In this document: piece by piece, positions 62,942 to 64,000 of the stretch
Layout: every line of letters begins with the position of its first letter
Numbering within the stretch: position 1 is the first letter of the stretch
Source: an uncultured Actinomycetes bacterium
GTDB taxonomy: Bacteria > Actinomycetota > Thermoleophilia > Gaiellales > JAICJC01
Reading direction: 5' to 3'
Length of the DNA: 64,000 nt
NCBI GenBank assembly: GCA_963809325.1
Contig: CAWEIZ010000001.1
Location: 145,961-209,960 of the forward strand
Program-made: the position numbers and the translations under genes
The notes under the pieces: generated by a model
What the model saw: the letters and a program-made list of their open reading frames with translations, nothing else
The model's database searches: none
Told to the model about the DNA's origin: nothing

Positions 62942-63987
62942 TCCCAGACCGGTGGGCCCGAGCGCAGCCTGAGCGTGGTCCCGAGGCCGGCGTCCTTCGC
63001 CCGGTCGAGCACGTGCTTGGCCGCGGTCACGTCGTCGAGCGCGAGGCCGACGGGGCTCACCACCACCCGGTCGGCGGCCGCCGACCGGCCGGGATGGCGT
63101 CTCGTGACGACGTCGCACAGCTCAGCGACGCCGGGGCCCGCCGCGTCGAGCGCGCCGGCAGCGACCAGCCGCTGGGCGTAGCGGCCCTCGTGCGTCGACT
63201 CGTGCTCCCAGTCGTCGACGACGAGGAGGTCGGTGACGGCGTGCAGCTCGACCGGCCCGTCGAGGCTCGAGACCAGGACGACCGTCGTGCCCTCGTCGAT
63301 CCACTCGGGCGCGAACGTGGGATCGACCGCGATGGTGGCCGGCACGACGACCGCCGCCCCGCGCACCGCCTCCTCGGCGCTCGCGGCCGGCCGCACGTCG
63401 AGCCCGGTCGCGGCCGACCGCCCGGCGCAGAAGGCGCTGCACCGCTCGGTGCGCGGGTCGTAGACCCGCACCTCGGCCAGGTCCGGCATGGCGATGCGAA
63501 GCGCATCGAGCTGCGTGTGGGCCAGCACGCCGGCCCCGATCAGGCAGGCGACCCGCGAGCCGGGCACGGCCAGGTGCCGCACCGCGAGGCCGGTCACGGC
63601 CCCGGTGCGCATCGCGCTCACGACGGTGCCGTCCATGACAGCCAGCGGAAGCCCCGTGGTCCGCTCCGAGAGGATGACGAGCGCGTTCGCGCGCGGCAGG
63701 CCGTTTCGCTCCGGGTTGTCGGGGACGCTCGGGATCCACTTCAGGCCGGCGACGTCGAACTCGCCGCCCACGTATGCCGGCATGGCCATGATGCGGCCGT
63801 CGCGCTCCTCGGTGCCCGGCCCGTCCGACCACGTGATCATGACCTTCGGCGGCATGAACACCTCGCCCGCGGCCTTCACGGCGAATGCGCGCGCCATCAC
63901 GTCGATCATCGCCGCCATGTCGGTGCCGCCCGCGGCCACGACATCCTCCTGGCTCAGGTACAGGAACTCGGTCGACGGGGCGCTCAC
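62938..63987 (-). CDS. Ornithine cyclodeaminase / mu-crystallin family NAD-dependent enzyme (SbnB-like)
   Basis: 349 aa. Motifs MPAYVGG, AMRTGAVTGLA and Rossmann GAGVLAHTQ. Confidence 0.75.
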   Translation of the reverse strand: MSAPSTEFLYLSQEDVVAAGGTDMAAMIDVMARAFAVKAAGEVFMPPKVMITWSDGPGTEERDGRIMAMPAYVGGEFDVAGLKWIPSVPDNPERNGLPRANALVILSERTTGLPLAVMDGTVVSAMRTGAVTGLAVRHLAVPGSRVACLIGAGVLAHTQLDALRIAMPDLAEVRVYDPRTERCSAFCAGRSAATGLDVRPAASAEEAVRGAAVVVPATIAVDPTFAPEWIDEGTTVVLVSSLDGPVELHAVTDLLVVDDWEHESTHEGRYAQRLVAAGALDAAGPGVAELCDVVTRRHPGRSAAADRVVVSPVGLALDDVTAAKHVLDRAKDAGLGTTLRLRSGPPVWE

Positions 63988-64000
63988 GACTCGACGAATA
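63984..64000 (-). CDS. 3' end of an unidentified upstream gene (only 5 codons visible)
   Basis: A TGA (rc of 63984-86) overlaps the GTG of the OCD-like gene. Too short to name. Confidence 0.2.

Overview
High-GC (roughly 70%+) chromosome segment. Gene content suggests Actinomycetota, possibly Thermoleophilia/Solirubrobacterales-like; that is inference only. About 70 CDS are densely packed, and many are translationally coupled through GTGA/ATGA 4-nt overlaps. All family names come from motifs read in the translations; no database search was possible.

Gene content, in order along the window:
- Futalosine-type menaquinone genes (MqnE/C-like radical SAM, polyprenyl synthase, UbiE/MenG, UbiX, UbiD). 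They are interleaved with a Bacillus-type menaquinol:cytochrome c reductase operon (qcrA-qcrB-qcrC). That operon carries an apparent 1-nt frameshift in qcrA and an IS481-family insertion directly after qcrC.
- Phd/VapC toxin-antitoxin pair.
- DUF4129 / MoxR / DUF58 operon.
- hemL and hemB.
- Two tandem TPR regulator paralogs.
- AI-2E transporter, M23-like protein and YmdB-like phosphoesterase.
- GtrA / GT-C-like / AlkP-like envelope cluster.
- HtrA protease and CDF transporter.
- LuxR-type two-component operon that also contains a PfkB kinase and an extra receiver domain.
- Gamma-glutamyl-polyamine module (GS-like, PuuD-like, ALDH, cupin) and a membrane-fused spermidine-synthase-like gene.
- Ppx/GppA, SixA-like and CYTH-CHAD polyphosphate neighbourhood.
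- tRNA-Arg(CCU).
- Operon of RNase D, MFS transporter, non-Pyl MttB and a TMADH-family amine dehydrogenase.
- NfeD and SPFH.
- Two convergent heme-copper oxidase loci. The first is aa3-type with a fused ctaA-ctaB. The second is caa3-type, and its subunit I carries N- and C-terminal extensions.

Most unusual signal: the intergenic space holds at least three interspersed repeat families.
1. A four-copy, 165-263 nt element with a conserved ~110-nt core. Three of its stems co-vary between copies. I treat it as a candidate undescribed structured RNA or non-autonomous element.
2. A two-copy, ~175 nt multi-palindrome element.
3. REP/REPIN-like GGGGWCAGWCCCC palindromes.

Family 1, family 2, a mini-palindrome and the IS481 copy repeatedly start or end exactly on (C)TAG stop codons of flanking genes.
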